A DNA stretch of 63,869 nucleotides, filler included, from Lama guanicoe (GCA_013239625.1; 196 parts of 196 records of this genome joined end to end with filler, not necessarily neighbours in it); one strand, 5' to 3'; counted from the whole stretch's first letter, positions 36,084-49,135 are shown. Notes: generated by a model from the letters alone, not told the origin. Program-made: numbers and translations.

Positions 36084-38830
36084 NNNNNNNNNNNNNNNNN
36101 NNNNNNNNNNNNNNNNNNNNNNNNNNNTTAATTAATTAANNNNNNNNNNNNNNNNNNNNNNNNNNNNNNNNNNNNNNNNNNNNGTAGAATAGCACATCTT
36201 CTAGCTACTATCTCTCTTAAATTCCTTAGGCTACAGTGACTACATTTTGACTACATTTCTGAAATGTAGTCTTTTTCAAGGTTGAGCACAGCCTTAAATT
36301 CATGCAGTGCTGTCAATGGGGAGGATGGGTGAACGGTCTGTGGGTGGTGTCATTTTCTCAGAGAATAAGTGTTCTTCATCTGAAACAGCATACAGCCAAC
36401 CTAGAAAAGCNNNNNNNNNNNNNNNNNNNNNNNNNNNNNNNNNNNNNNNNNNNNTTAATTAATTAANNNNNNNNNNNNNNNNNNNNNNNNNNNNNNNNNN
36501 NNNNNNNNNNTATGTTCAACTTGAGAAAATCAGGATTATGCTATCAAGAAAGATGAGAAAGGCTTTTGGGTAGGCAGCCATCAGTGTCGGCCACAATCTA
36601 ATAGTTTCTCAGCATTTATGTTGAGATTATCACTTGATTTTGTGACTATGATTTTTTTCTCCAAAAAGCTCTTCAAAACTTCATTTATATTACGTGCTAA
36701 CCCATGGAATACCTTTGGTCCACTTGAGTGGCCCGGCNNNNNNNNNNNNNNNNNNNNNNNNNNNNNNNNNNNNNNNNNNNNTTAATTAATTAANNNNNNN
36801 NNNNNNNNNNNNNNNNNNNNNNNNNNNNNNNNNNNNNCCCCCGGCCCAGCTCACACCCACCCCTGGGGCTCAGCCTGTGCTGTTCCGTCACCCAGACTCT
36901 CCAAGACCCTCTTAGCTCCCTCATCCCAATCCTGCCTGTCCATCCTGCATGGCCCAGCTCACCACCCGCCTCCTCTAAGAAGTATGCCTGGATCACCCCA
37001 CCTGGACATGCCCCTTCCCTCCTCCAGGCCACTCACTGTCCTGCCTTTCACACAGCACTTAGAANNNNNNNNNNNNNNNNNNNNNNNNNNNNNNNNNNNN
37101 NNNNNNNNTTAATTAATTAANNNNNNNNNNNNNNNNNNNNNNNNNNNNNNNNNNNNNNNNNNNNGGAACATACCACCCTTCCAAAGGACTTGGCCCAGAA
37201 TTGAGACTGATTTACTTCTGCCACATTCTTTTGGTAAATGCAAGTTAAAAGACTCATTAAGAGGTGAAAAGCCTCAGCTATGATGAAGGAAAATCACGTA
37301 TATATGGGAGTGGAAAGAATTTCTGGTAACCTTTTTTGCAGACACCCTGGCCAAGCATCCACTGTGGTCTTTCTTCTGTCCTGAAAAAAAANNNNNNNNN
37401 NNNNNNNNNNNNNNNNNNNNNNNNNNNNNNNNNNNTTAATTAATTAANNNNNNNNNNNNNNNNNNNNNNNNNNNNNNNNNNNNNNNNNNNNAAAAAAAAC
37501 GAACGTGGCAACAGGGGTGCCACTTTGAGTCATCATTCAGTGAAACAGTCGGAGGCGTGAGTTAAAATCCTTGACTTGGTATGAAAGTTGTATTTCACTT
37601 GGCCTTTCACTATTTGAACTTAGAAAGTTTTATTACCTAATATACAAGCAAAATCTGCACTTATCTTGCTTCCTGCTTGACAGAGACAAGAAGAATTTCT
37701 GTAACGTGTTTGCAGCANNNNNNNNNNNNNNNNNNNNNNNNNNNNNNNNNNNNNNNNNNNNTTAATTAATTAANNNNNNNNNNNNNNNNNNNNNNNNNNN
37801 NNNNNNNNNNNNNNNNNTGATTCCAGCTGCCTTGGGTGACTTGGGGTTGGGGGGCGGGGAGCACAGGGAGGTGGAGGGTAGGAATTGCAAACTAGTAGCT
37901 GAGTAGCTTGCTTGCCTTCTGAGAAGGAGGGCTCACGCCTGCAGGAGTGTCAGTCATCCAGAGTCATTTCTCTCCGTCTCTGGCCCAACCACCCTTCTGA
38001 GTTTGCTGGGTCAGGACTCCTCCTGCTTCAGACAGTTGTGCTCANNNNNNNNNNNNNNNNNNNNNNNNNNNNNNNNNNNNNNNNNNNNTTAATTAATTAA
38101 NNNNNNNNNNNNNNNNNNNNNNNNNNNNNNNNNNNNNNNNNNNNTGGGCACCAGTATATCTCTAGTTCCCAAACAGAAGACCCAGCAATCAACTAATGTT
38201 TATTGAATGAGTGAGTGAGCAAGGCTGTGCTTCAGAGGCACTTGCTTGGGCTTCCAGGATAATTTTGAAACTGCAGAGGGAAACAGCAGGCAAAGTGTAG
38301 TCAGAACCTGCATCCTGGGATATGTGGTTGGCAAAGACCCACAGTTCTCATGTCAAATCACTCCTTTTGTTNNNNNNNNNNNNNNNNNNNNNNNNNNNNN
38401 NNNNNNNNNNNNNNNTTAATTAATTAANNNNNNNNNNNNNNNNNNNNNNNNNNNNNNNNNNNNNNNNNNNNGAATGGGTAAACTTAAATCCTGAAATGGG
38501 TCACGATACAAATAAAAAGTAAAATATGCATTTCTTTAATTTTCATAATAATCTTGTGGCTTTCAAGGCAAGTATCACTCAGAGAGTTTACATAACATGT
38601 CCAAGATCATGCAGCGCCTGAAAGAGCCAGGCGCCAGGCGTCCGATCGCCATCCACCTGCCTTCAGAGTTCATGCTCTGAGCAGTTGTGATTGCTTACNN
38701 NNNNNNNNNNNNNNNNNNNNNNNNNNNNNNNNNNNNNNNNNNTTAATTAATTAANNNNNNNNNNNNNNNNNNNNNNNNNNNNNNNNNNNNNNNNNNNNGG
38801 AAGAAAAAAAAAAAAAAAAAAAAAAAAAAA

Positions 38831-39024
38831 CCCACATCCAAAATAATAAAATACTTAGGAGAAAATGTGGCCAAGCAGGTGAAAGACTTATACATGAAGA
38901 ACTACAAGACACTGATTAAAGAAAGATGACTTAAAGAAATGGAAATATATCCTATATTCTTGGATTAGAAGAATTAATATTGTTAAAATGGCCATACTGT
39001 CCAAGGCAATCTACAGATTTAATG
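38831..39024 (+). mobile_element. LINE-1 ORF2 fragment preceded by a polyA run
   Basis: IKYLG...KQVKDLY..NYKTLIK...[30 protein letters not shown]. Confidence 0.92.
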
Positions 39025-39451
39025 NNNNNNNNNNNNNNNNNNNNNNNNNNNNNNNNNNNNNNNNNNNNTTAATTAATTAANNNNNNNNNNNNNNNNNNNN
39101 NNNNNNNNNNNNNNNNNNNNNNNNTAATGCCTTTCAGCCAAAAATGCTTCAATTCATTATAATTTCTGAGTATGTACTTATAGAATCAAAGCTTTTAATT
39201 TGTTTAGTTCTGTGTGCCTGTGTGTGTTCACAGCAATCCAGGCTGTTTATCTACAGTCTGAAAAAACAATATTGAATTCTAATGCCTCAGTGATCTGCCA
39301 GTATGATTTGTAAAGCCAGGCCATGTCCCTCCTGGCAAAAAAGGCCCTGATNNNNNNNNNNNNNNNNNNNNNNNNNNNNNNNNNNNNNNNNNNNNTTAAT
39401 TAATTAANNNNNNNNNNNNNNNNNNNNNNNNNNNNNNNNNNNNNNNNNNNN

Positions 39452-39677
39452 GAGGGTGTGGAGAAAAGGGAGCCCTCCTACACTGTTGATGGGAATGTAG
39501 GTTGGTGCAGCCATTATGGAAAACAATTTGGAGAGTCCTCAAAAAACTAAAACTTAGACTTACCATATGATCCTGCAATCCCACTCCTGGGCATATATCC
39601 AGAGGGAATTCTAAATCTAAAAGATACATGAACCCCAATGTTCACAGCAGCAGTATTTACAATAGCCAAGACATGGA
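39452..39677 (+). mobile_element. LINE-1 ORF2 fragment
   Basis: gagggtgtggagaaaagggagccctcctacactgttg...ccatatgatcctgcaatcccactcctgggcatatatcc. Confidence 0.92.
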
Positions 39678-40431
39678 NNNNNNNNNNNNNNNNNNNNNNN
39701 NNNNNNNNNNNNNNNNNNNNNTTAATTAATTAANNNNNNNNNNNNNNNNNNNNNNNNNNNNNNNNNNNNNNNNNNNNCCCAAGGCTGGGAAAGTGTTTGC
39801 CAAAAACAACAGCGTGCCTGCCCTAAACCGTTCTCAGCTGCACAGCCGGGACCCAGGCTGCTGGTCGGTGACTCTTATCAGCTCTCCAAGAGCGAACTCT
39901 GATCCTGACATTCTGAGCCCAGGATGTGAGGACGGAACTGGGGAAGGGGTGTCCGAGATGCGCTGTGTCAGGAGCTGGGAGGCCCCGCCCACAGGCGCGC
40001 TCGGNNNNNNNNNNNNNNNNNNNNNNNNNNNNNNNNNNNNNNNNNNNNTTAATTAATTAANNNNNNNNNNNNNNNNNNNNNNNNNNNNNNNNNNNNNNNN
40101 NNNNTTCAAGGATCTCCAGCTGCCCTGCCATATCTGTTTCATTCTTCAGGAGGTATTTTCCTGCCTCAGCTCTTCTGCACACCGATCAGGCATCCCCCTC
40201 TGCTGTTTGACTGCAGTAGCCCTGCCGGAGGGAGGCGGTGACCTCCTCTTCGCACACCCAGGGCTGAGTTTCTGTCCTCATCGGGCTCCTCCCTCTGCAA
40301 CTCTCACCACCTTGCCAGGGCTGCCTCCTGANNNNNNNNNNNNNNNNNNNNNNNNNNNNNNNNNNNNNNNNNNNNTTAATTAATTAANNNNNNNNNNNNN
40401 NNNNNNNNNNNNNNNNNNNNNNNNNNNNNNN

Positions 40432-40657
40432 ATATATATATATGCAGTGTTGTTTGCAACTGAAACGAAACTTTGTGTTCCCAACAAGCTAGGTAAAGGA
40501 AGGTTTTCACACCCACCTATCTCTCAGAACTTAGCATGTGGAGAGATGTTCGTTCATCAAGCACATTGGGAACTGGTGGAAGGAGAAACAGTTACTCTTG
40601 TTTCTCATTTTGTTTCCTATTTCAGGTTTTATGTTCCTGAAGATTTCACTGTAAAAC
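40432..40657 (-). repeat. ~245-bp satellite monomer fragment (copy 2, reverse orientation)
   Basis: Reverse complement contains gttttacagtgaaa...gatgaacga...gttctgagagata...ctagcttgttgggaacacaaagtttc. Confidence 0.85.
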
Positions 40658-42392
40658 NNNNNNNNNNNNNNNNNNNNNNNNNNNNNNNNNNNNNNNNNNN
40701 NTTAATTAATTAANNNNNNNNNNNNNNNNNNNNNNNNNNNNNNNNNNNNNNNNNNNNTTTCTGAATATGCAGTCAAGTAAAGCAAATATTTAAATTTTTA
40801 AAATGACGTTCACTTATGTCTCTGTCTTGCCCTCACCTGTAGAAATACCAATGTGGCAATGATAGGGAGCCTTTAAGTTACAACTAGTTTCCATTGTATA
40901 TCATTGTTGTTAAAAGAGCCATTTAAAGCTGTGCACGTTGGTTTATGGTTTGATGGTGTTTTCATGATCTTCTTGATGCAGAGANNNNNNNNNNNNNNNN
41001 NNNNNNNNNNNNNNNNNNNNNNNNNNNNTTAATTAATTAANNNNNNNNNNNNNNNNNNNNNNNNNNNNNNNNNNNNNNNNNNNNAAAATTATGACAGAAT
41101 GCAGAGTTGAGTTCTTGGAGAGTTTGGCACCCATTCTCCTCATTTTAGAAATGTAGAGACTGAGGCCCCAAACTGTAACATTATTTACACAATATGCACC
41201 CACTTAGGGACCAAAACCCTGTTTAATCTTCCTTTTAAAATCCATGTTGATCTGTGTGCATCAGTGGTCTATTACAAAAATATATTTGAAAGTTATTGTA
41301 TTATGACAAAGNNNNNNNNNNNNNNNNNNNNNNNNNNNNNNNNNNNNNNNNNNNNTTAATTAATTAANNNNNNNNNNNNNNNNNNNNNNNNNNNNNNNNN
41401 NNNNNNNNNNNCCTTCACAACCCAGCCTCCCCAGCTCGCTGCCCTCGCCCTCCTTACAGGTATTTCCCTAATAAAGTCCCTGCACATGTCATCCCTTCTT
41501 AGAAGCCCCCGCGGTGACCTTGGGATGTCCTATGAGGGTTGAAGCCAGGTGAACTAACTAAGGCTTCGCCAGACTCACATCAACGCCCACTTTGTGCGGG
41601 CCAACCAGCCGGTTAAAACCTTCATGGATGTATGAAGGNNNNNNNNNNNNNNNNNNNNNNNNNNNNNNNNNNNNNNNNNNNNTTAATTAATTAANNNNNN
41701 NNNNNNNNNNNNNNNNNNNNNNNNNNNNNNNNNNNNNNAAAAGAAATTTCAGACCATACCCAAAACAGTAAGTCATGAAATAGGAAGAAATGGATTTCTA
41801 GTAGAAGCAATAGATTATAACAAATAGGCTTTTGGAACATTTGAAAAATCAGCTAGTGAAGAAAAGTGAATCACAGAACCCATTGGAAAAACATTTAATT
41901 TTTTGCCTATCTGACAAAAAAAAAATTACTGGCATCAACATAAATAATATAAAATTTCTGATACANNNNNNNNNNNNNNNNNNNNNNNNNNNNNNNNNNN
42001 NNNNNNNNNTTAATTAATTAANNNNNNNNNNNNNNNNNNNNNNNNNNNNNNNNNNNNNNNNNNNNGGAAGCTCTGACCTGTATCATGAGGCTCTCCCGAA
42101 GCTCACTGCATCATAGCATCCATCCAGAAGTCTTTGTATTTTACACAATCTCTGGGTTCATCTGAAACAGCCAGTGAGCCACTAGTTTTAAAACAGGCTT
42201 TTAGACAAATGCATAATTTCATGTAGCCACCACTATAGCATCATACAGCATAACTTCATTGCCCTAAAAATCCCTTGTGCTCCATCTATTCANNNNNNNN
42301 NNNNNNNNNNNNNNNNNNNNNNNNNNNNNNNNNNNNTTAATTAATTAANNNNNNNNNNNNNNNNNNNNNNNNNNNNNNNNNNNNNNNNNNNN

Positions 42393-42619
42393 AAGAAACA
42401 AACAAACAAACACAAACAAAACTCCAGATCCAGACAGTACCACTGGTGAAATATTCCAGATACACCAACTCTACAGAAAACAGAAGAGAAAGAAGTACTT
42501 CTCAACACACTTTTTGAGGGCAGCATTACCCTAATACCAAAAATAGATAAACAAATTACAAGCAAACTAGAGATGAATATCTTTCATGAATACTGATGTA
42601 AATATTCTCAACAAAACAT
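42393..42619 (+). mobile_element. Old L1 ORF2 fragment
   Basis: ccactggtgaaatattcc...tttttgagggcagcattaccctaataccaaaa...aaatattctcaacaaaa. Confidence 0.8.
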
Positions 42620-43374
42620 NNNNNNNNNNNNNNNNNNNNNNNNNNNNNNNNNNNNNNNNNNNNTTAATTAATTAANNNNNNNNNNNNNNNNNNNNNNNNN
42701 NNNNNNNNNNNNNNNNNNNCATTTGAGGCAAGGTTATGCTGAGCTGAGGCCTAGAGGTGAACACTTCTCCGAAGTGATGAATTGTGGTTCCATCTCTCCT
42801 GTGTGTGGGGTGCTTCATTTTAATTTTTTAAAAATTGAAATATAGTCAGTTACAGTGCGTCAATTTCTGGTGTACAGCATCTGTTTCAGTCATACGTATA
42901 CATACATAGATTCATTTTCATATTCTTTTTCATTAAAGGTTATTANNNNNNNNNNNNNNNNNNNNNNNNNNNNNNNNNNNNNNNNNNNNTTAATTAATTA
43001 ANNNNNNNNNNNNNNNNNNNNNNNNNNNNNNNNNNNNNNNNNNNNCAGTGATGAAGCTTGCTCTTGGGGGCTTGCAGTTGGGTGGGGAGAGAGACCCTAA
43101 AGAAGCCGCATGAGGAAGCCTGAGGGGAGAGAGGGCGCAGGAGGGGCTGTGGCCAGGCGACCGGGATGGGCCAGGCGGGCAGCACAGCCCCCCACCGCAG
43201 GCCTCCTGAACACCTTTCAAACGTCCTTCCCTTCTGCAGCCGCTCCCGCACACTCGCAAGACCTATTTCCTTNNNNNNNNNNNNNNNNNNNNNNNNNNNN
43301 NNNNNNNNNNNNNNNNTTAATTAATTAANNNNNNNNNNNNNNNNNNNNNNNNNNNNNNNNNNNNNNNNNNNNGC

Positions 43375-43599
43375 TGCATGACCCAGTGGAATAAACCAGT
43401 GGGTTCTACAACTCGATGAATGCCTAGGTGGAATAACCAGTGGGGAATATGACGCGCTGCATGCTCCAAAAAATAAAGCAGTGGGGAGTACTCCGCAGTG
43501 CATGCCCCAGTGGAATAAACCAGTGGGGAATACACCACGGTGCATTCCCCACTCTTTTAAACCAGTGGGGTATCCACCGCATTGCTTGCCCCACTGGAA
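43375..43599. repeat. 42-bp minisatellite with internal inverted repeat (~5.4 units)
   Basis: Unit consensus tgcatgccccagtggaataaaccagtggggaatacaccacgg; units of 42, 41, 41, 42 and 42 bp plus a partial unit. Confidence 0.9.
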
Positions 43600-45334
43600 N
43601 NNNNNNNNNNNNNNNNNNNNNNNNNNNNNNNNNNNNNNNNNNNTTAATTAATTAANNNNNNNNNNNNNNNNNNNNNNNNNNNNNNNNNNNNNNNNNNNNA
43701 ACATGTTACACTTATAAAGTCAGAAGGAAAAGAATATGATGCTGCAGTGTTGACAGGGTAATTAATCCTCCGAATGGAAGCCACACTTATGTAGTGCATG
43801 AAAAACAAGCAGAGTTATACATGTAATCATGGTACAAAGGGTATTCTAGACAGAAAAAACATCAGGGCATCAGAACTGCAGTAACTAGAGCTTCAGAGGA
43901 CAGTTGGTTTTGCATATATTTGCACANNNNNNNNNNNNNNNNNNNNNNNNNNNNNNNNNNNNNNNNNNNNTTAATTAATTAANNNNNNNNNNNNNNNNNN
44001 NNNNNNNNNNNNNNNNNNNNNNNNNNTAACACAGCATTGTAAATCAACTATACTTCAATTAAAAAATTTAAAAAAGAAAAAGAGAAATGAGATCTTTAGA
44101 CTTTCCCTTTTGAAAGTGCCAGTACCCAATGAATTTATAGGTACAGAACAGATAATTTCATGATGTTTCAGTTATTCCTGTCTAGAAAGAATAAAAGATC
44201 CTTACGTTATTCACAAGGCTGGAATAATTCTAATGCCAGAACCTGTTTTTTTTNNNNNNNNNNNNNNNNNNNNNNNNNNNNNNNNNNNNNNNNNNNNTTA
44301 ATTAATTAANNNNNNNNNNNNNNNNNNNNNNNNNNNNNNNNNNNNNNNNNNNNTAAACCTGTGCGATGGTGGCTAAGTCACGTGGTATCAGACATATTGT
44401 GATTCTGATTGAACAGAATTTTGGCCTTCAATTCTGAGCATGTCATGTTGAGAATGTAGGTGGGAAAACTTGTGCAAGGGCTCACTCCAAGCACCTTGTC
44501 TATGAAGGGTCACTGCACCCAACCTTCATTTGTCCTTCCCACTTCTGTCCACTTTGAGTCCTTGGTTGATGGCAAAATGGNNNNNNNNNNNNNNNNNNNN
44601 NNNNNNNNNNNNNNNNNNNNNNNNTTAATTAATTAANNNNNNNNNNNNNNNNNNNNNNNNNNNNNNNNNNNNNNNNNNNNAATAACTTTGTTGTCTTCCA
44701 GCTTATTTTATCTTGTATTAATAAAGCCATGCTGGCTCTTATACTTACTGTTTGCGTGATATATCTTTCCCATCCTTTTAGTTTTAACCTCTTTGAATCT
44801 AAAGTGTATACCTTGTCAACAGCATACATTTGGGTTTGTTTTGTTTTGTTTTGTTTTTTTACTGAGGTGTAATAGATTTACATTGTCAACAACACATATT
44901 TGGATCTNNNNNNNNNNNNNNNNNNNNNNNNNNNNNNNNNNNNNNNNNNNNTTAATTAATTAANNNNNNNNNNNNNNNNNNNNNNNNNNNNNNNNNNNNN
45001 NNNNNNNAAAAAAAAAAGTTATTGACCAGCATAAGTGGAGAGGGCTAGGTGGAAGAAATCTGGGAACACTGTGATTATTTTTTTTAATTTCCTAAAGTAA
45101 AAAATGTTAATGTGACCCAAAATCTGATGAGCAAGTTGAGTAAGAAGCATCAGAAAGATGAAGCATCAGAAAGAAACATTTTCAAATAGAGTCAAGGATT
45201 GATTTTATTTTCAGACTAAAGTCCCAGTGTCCCTNNNNNNNNNNNNNNNNNNNNNNNNNNNNNNNNNNNNNNNNNNNNTTAATTAATTAANNNNNNNNNN
45301 NNNNNNNNNNNNNNNNNNNNNNNNNNNNNNNNNN

Positions 45335-45561
45335 CCCCGGCCAGCCAGCCAGCGCCTGCCGCCCCTACCCCAGCCCCCGGGGCGCCCCGGGCGCCGAGCC
45401 GAGCGCGCAGTTCCGACGGCCCAGGGCGGGGACCGCGCCGGGGAGCAGAGCCGCAGCCGCCGGCTTCCCGGGCAGCCGGCGGCCGCACACACTCCTCCCC
45501 TTCGCCGCGAGTAAACAGCTCGCCCGCGCGCTCCGCGCCGCGCCCCCATCCCCCCGCCGGG
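45335..45561. promoter_or_regulatory. CpG island core (promoter/5'UTR of an unidentified gene)
   Basis: Very high GC and CpG density; GC box gggcgggg; forkhead motif gtaaaca. Confidence 0.75.
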
Positions 45562-46969
45562 NNNNNNNNNNNNNNNNNNNNNNNNNNNNNNNNNNNNNNN
45601 NNNNNTTAATTAATTAANNNNNNNNNNNNNNNNNNNNNNNNNNNNNNNNNNNNNNNNNNNNGCATTGTGGGGCAGCCAACCCCAGGGGCTGAGATGACAC
45701 ACTGGGCCTGCATCTAAACATGACACAGAGACCCAGGAGGTCGTATGTCAGCAAGAATGAAATCACAGTTATGCTCAGTTTCTCCCCTCCCCCCCCAACC
45801 CCGACAGGGAGCTGGGAAGCAGGTGGAAAGGGCAGTGAATTTCTCCGGACCCCAGGGCAGACCCCACCCAGCCTGTGTGGGGTGTGCTNNNNNNNNNNNN
45901 NNNNNNNNNNNNNNNNNNNNNNNNNNNNNNNNTTAATTAATTAANNNNNNNNNNNNNNNNNNNNNNNNNNNNNNNNNNNNNNNNNNNNTTGAGGCCTCAC
46001 AAGGAAGAAGTGAGTTCAAATTTTATATTTTTATAGATATGCAGTTTATATGTATATTTAAATAAGTATCTGCATTTTATAATAAATGAGTTCCAAATTC
46101 GTATTTTTTTTCTTGCTTAACACAATTTCTTTTGACTGACCCCTTACTTCAAGTTAAGGCAAGCTGCCTGTTGGAGGTAAGTCCCTTCAATCCCCTTCTC
46201 TAAGAACCTCACAGANNNNNNNNNNNNNNNNNNNNNNNNNNNNNNNNNNNNNNNNNNNNTTAATTAATTAANNNNNNNNNNNNNNNNNNNNNNNNNNNNN
46301 NNNNNNNNNNNNNNNCTCTAAAAGGTAAGCTGTTTCCCCCTCAGCGTTAGCTGGTTTCCCATCCTGGGGGCTCTTAAACGCATTTGGACATGGTTATTCT
46401 CTGTGTGATTTTTACAGAACTTCAGTCATTTGTCTGCTTTCTTTTCTTCAGGCTACATTATCTCAGTTCTTTGATCATTCTTTTCGTGATCTATTAAATA
46501 TTTCAGAGTAGTGGTTTTCATTAATACACCAAATTGGATGCTNNNNNNNNNNNNNNNNNNNNNNNNNNNNNNNNNNNNNNNNNNNNTTAATTAATTAANN
46601 NNNNNNNNNNNNNNNNNNNNNNNNNNNNNNNNNNNNNNNNNNTGCTACTTGGGAAAGAGTGGTTGGTTCACTGCCTCATCCATTTATTTGTCCATGTGTT
46701 CTCCAAACATTGAGCGGCTGCTGGGTGGCTGGCACTGTAGTGCGAAGTCCTGTTGGGGGCAGGAGACAGACATAAACAGGCAGCTGCGATGATGTGTTAA
46801 TGTCTGAATAAAGCTACGCGTAGGTCCCTGCTCTGACCTCAGGAGGGCCCCTCCTCACCCAGCAGCGGTNNNNNNNNNNNNNNNNNNNNNNNNNNNNNNN
46901 NNNNNNNNNNNNNTTAATTAATTAANNNNNNNNNNNNNNNNNNNNNNNNNNNNNNNNNNNNNNNNNNNN

Positions 46970-47196
46970 TCAGAAACCTGGGTCTCCCTCTTGCCCTTGG
47001 CCCTTCTAAGAACAAGACCGGCCCCTGAGGGAATTTTAAACCTTAGCCCATTTCAAAGGATGTGTGGGAGGCTCTTTTTAACTGCAGATTTCCTGTTTGA
47101 TGAGGAGACCCATAAACTGGTCTCCCACATTGTTAGCTTGAGCCAACTTCAAAGTGCCCTCCAGGAATATGGAAACCAAGTGCTGCCCTTTCCCGC
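46970..47196 (+). mobile_element. pol: Class I (gamma-like, ERV1) endogenous retrovirus pol/integrase fragment
   Basis: Open frame SETWVSLLPLALLRTRPAPEGILNLSPFQRMCGRLFLTADFLFDEET fits the integrase W..LLP.ALLR.R..P...LSPF....GR.F motif. Confidence 0.85.
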
Positions 47197-47623
47197 NNNN
47201 NNNNNNNNNNNNNNNNNNNNNNNNNNNNNNNNNNNNNNNNTTAATTAATTAANNNNNNNNNNNNNNNNNNNNNNNNNNNNNNNNNNNNNNNNNNNNCTAC
47301 AATTTGTATTATAAACAAAAATCTCCACACCTGGATTCTCTTGCTCATTGATTTAGATCAGTAGAAACGCAGTGTGTGCCTGTTGAATGAAGAAACCGTC
47401 AGGTTTTCACCAAATCCTGCTTCCAAATTTGCTTAGGTTGTGCAAATGCTCCATGATCATCTGGACTCACAGGCGTCTCAGTAAGTGTCCTGTAACCAGG
47501 ACCACCTGCTTCTCCTCTGACAANNNNNNNNNNNNNNNNNNNNNNNNNNNNNNNNNNNNNNNNNNNNTTAATTAATTAANNNNNNNNNNNNNNNNNNNNN
47601 NNNNNNNNNNNNNNNNNNNNNNN

Positions 47624-47730
47624 GATAGATGGATGGAAGGATGGATAGATAGAAAGATGGATAGATTGATAGGTATGATAGGTAGAAAGAAAGGTGGTGG
47701 GTAAGTAGATAGATCGATCAATAGACAGAA
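47624..47730. repeat. Degenerate (GATA)n/(GATG)n microsatellite
   Basis: gatagatggatggaaggatggatagatag... Confidence 0.8.
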
Positions 47731-48966
47731 CCAATGATTGATTTGGGATTGCAGCTTAATTACTTACATTGCATGTTCAGAACCGGTAAGTTAGCTACGA
47801 CACTGACAGCTCGGTGTTTGCAGAGCTGGCTCTAGCATGCAAAGAATCCANNNNNNNNNNNNNNNNNNNNNNNNNNNNNNNNNNNNNNNNNNNNTTAATT
47901 AATTAANNNNNNNNNNNNNNNNNNNNNNNNNNNNNNNNNNNNNNNNNNNNGAAATTGCCCTGGCACATTTCAAAACCTTCCCTAGGCCCTGAGATGAATT
48001 GCTTCTGGGTGTGCTCCAGTCACTTTGCAAGTGGTAGAAAATCACCACGTCTGCTGAGAGCAGAGCACCGCGTCATTTGTATTTAACTTGCCATTATCTA
48101 CGAGTTTCCAAACTTTCCTGAGAGGTGTACAGGGCTGGGGGCGGGGGTGTCACACAACTGACCAGTGGAGCTGAGTGNNNNNNNNNNNNNNNNNNNNNNN
48201 NNNNNNNNNNNNNNNNNNNNNTTAATTAATTAANNNNNNNNNNNNNNNNNNNNNNNNNNNNNNNNNNNNNNNNNNNNAGCTTAACCTCCATCCCTGTCCT
48301 TCCCACTCTCCATACAATCAATCATTTAAAAAACTAATCTTACATATTAGGCTTAGACTCACATGTGGGAAAGATGCGTTGTAGGATGTCATCACAGCGG
48401 TTCCTTTACCTCACCTCTGTGGTTACCTGGGTTGTGGGGAACCACGGTGGGAGGGGTCAGGGGCAGCACTGGCTTCAGATATCTCTTTGGATACGTCCTC
48501 CATCNNNNNNNNNNNNNNNNNNNNNNNNNNNNNNNNNNNNNNNNNNNNTTAATTAATTAANNNNNNNNNNNNNNNNNNNNNNNNNNNNNNNNNNNNNNNN
48601 NNNNAAGCCTTCTAAGGACAGGCACCTTGTTTTGTTCTTCTGGGTCTACCCAGAGCTAAGCTGCTAAGCACTTGGCAGGGTGCTCAAGAAGTACTTACTG
48701 TCTGATTAACAGAAATTTTATACCCTCTTCAAAGGGAGAAGTTCATAATAAGCCTGGGTATTAACATGGGTGAGTTTGTTGGGAAATTAAGTGAAAAAGG
48801 AAACGAGGAAAAACTCTCTCTCACTTGTGCCNNNNNNNNNNNNNNNNNNNNNNNNNNNNNNNNNNNNNNNNNNNNTTAATTAATTAANNNNNNNNNNNNN
48901 NNNNNNNNNNNNNNNNNNNNNNNNNNNNNNNTTGAAACAAAGAGGGCTTAGGTCGGTGCTTTGTTG

Positions 48967-49135
48967 TTTCACAGTCTTTGTACATTACACGGGCTTTGTT
49001 CTTTACACGGGCTTTGCACGTTACACGGGCTTTGTTCGTTACACGGGCTTTGCAAGTTACACGGGCTTTGTTCGTTACACGGGCTTTGCACGTTACACGG
49101 TCTTTGTACGTTACACGGGCTTTGCACGTTACACG
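48967..49135. repeat. 18-bp CpG-rich minisatellite with 36-bp alternation (~9.4 units)
   Basis: ttacacgggctttgttcg alternating with ttacacgggctttgcacg. Confidence 0.95.

Noticed and set aside
46159..46176. 18-nt microexon before gtaagt
   Set aside because: Weak acceptor and too short to support without expression data.
49033..49050. CENP-B box in the 18-bp repeat (ttcgttacacggg)
   Set aside because: Spacing between TTCG and CGGG is 5 nt; the canonical box needs 7.
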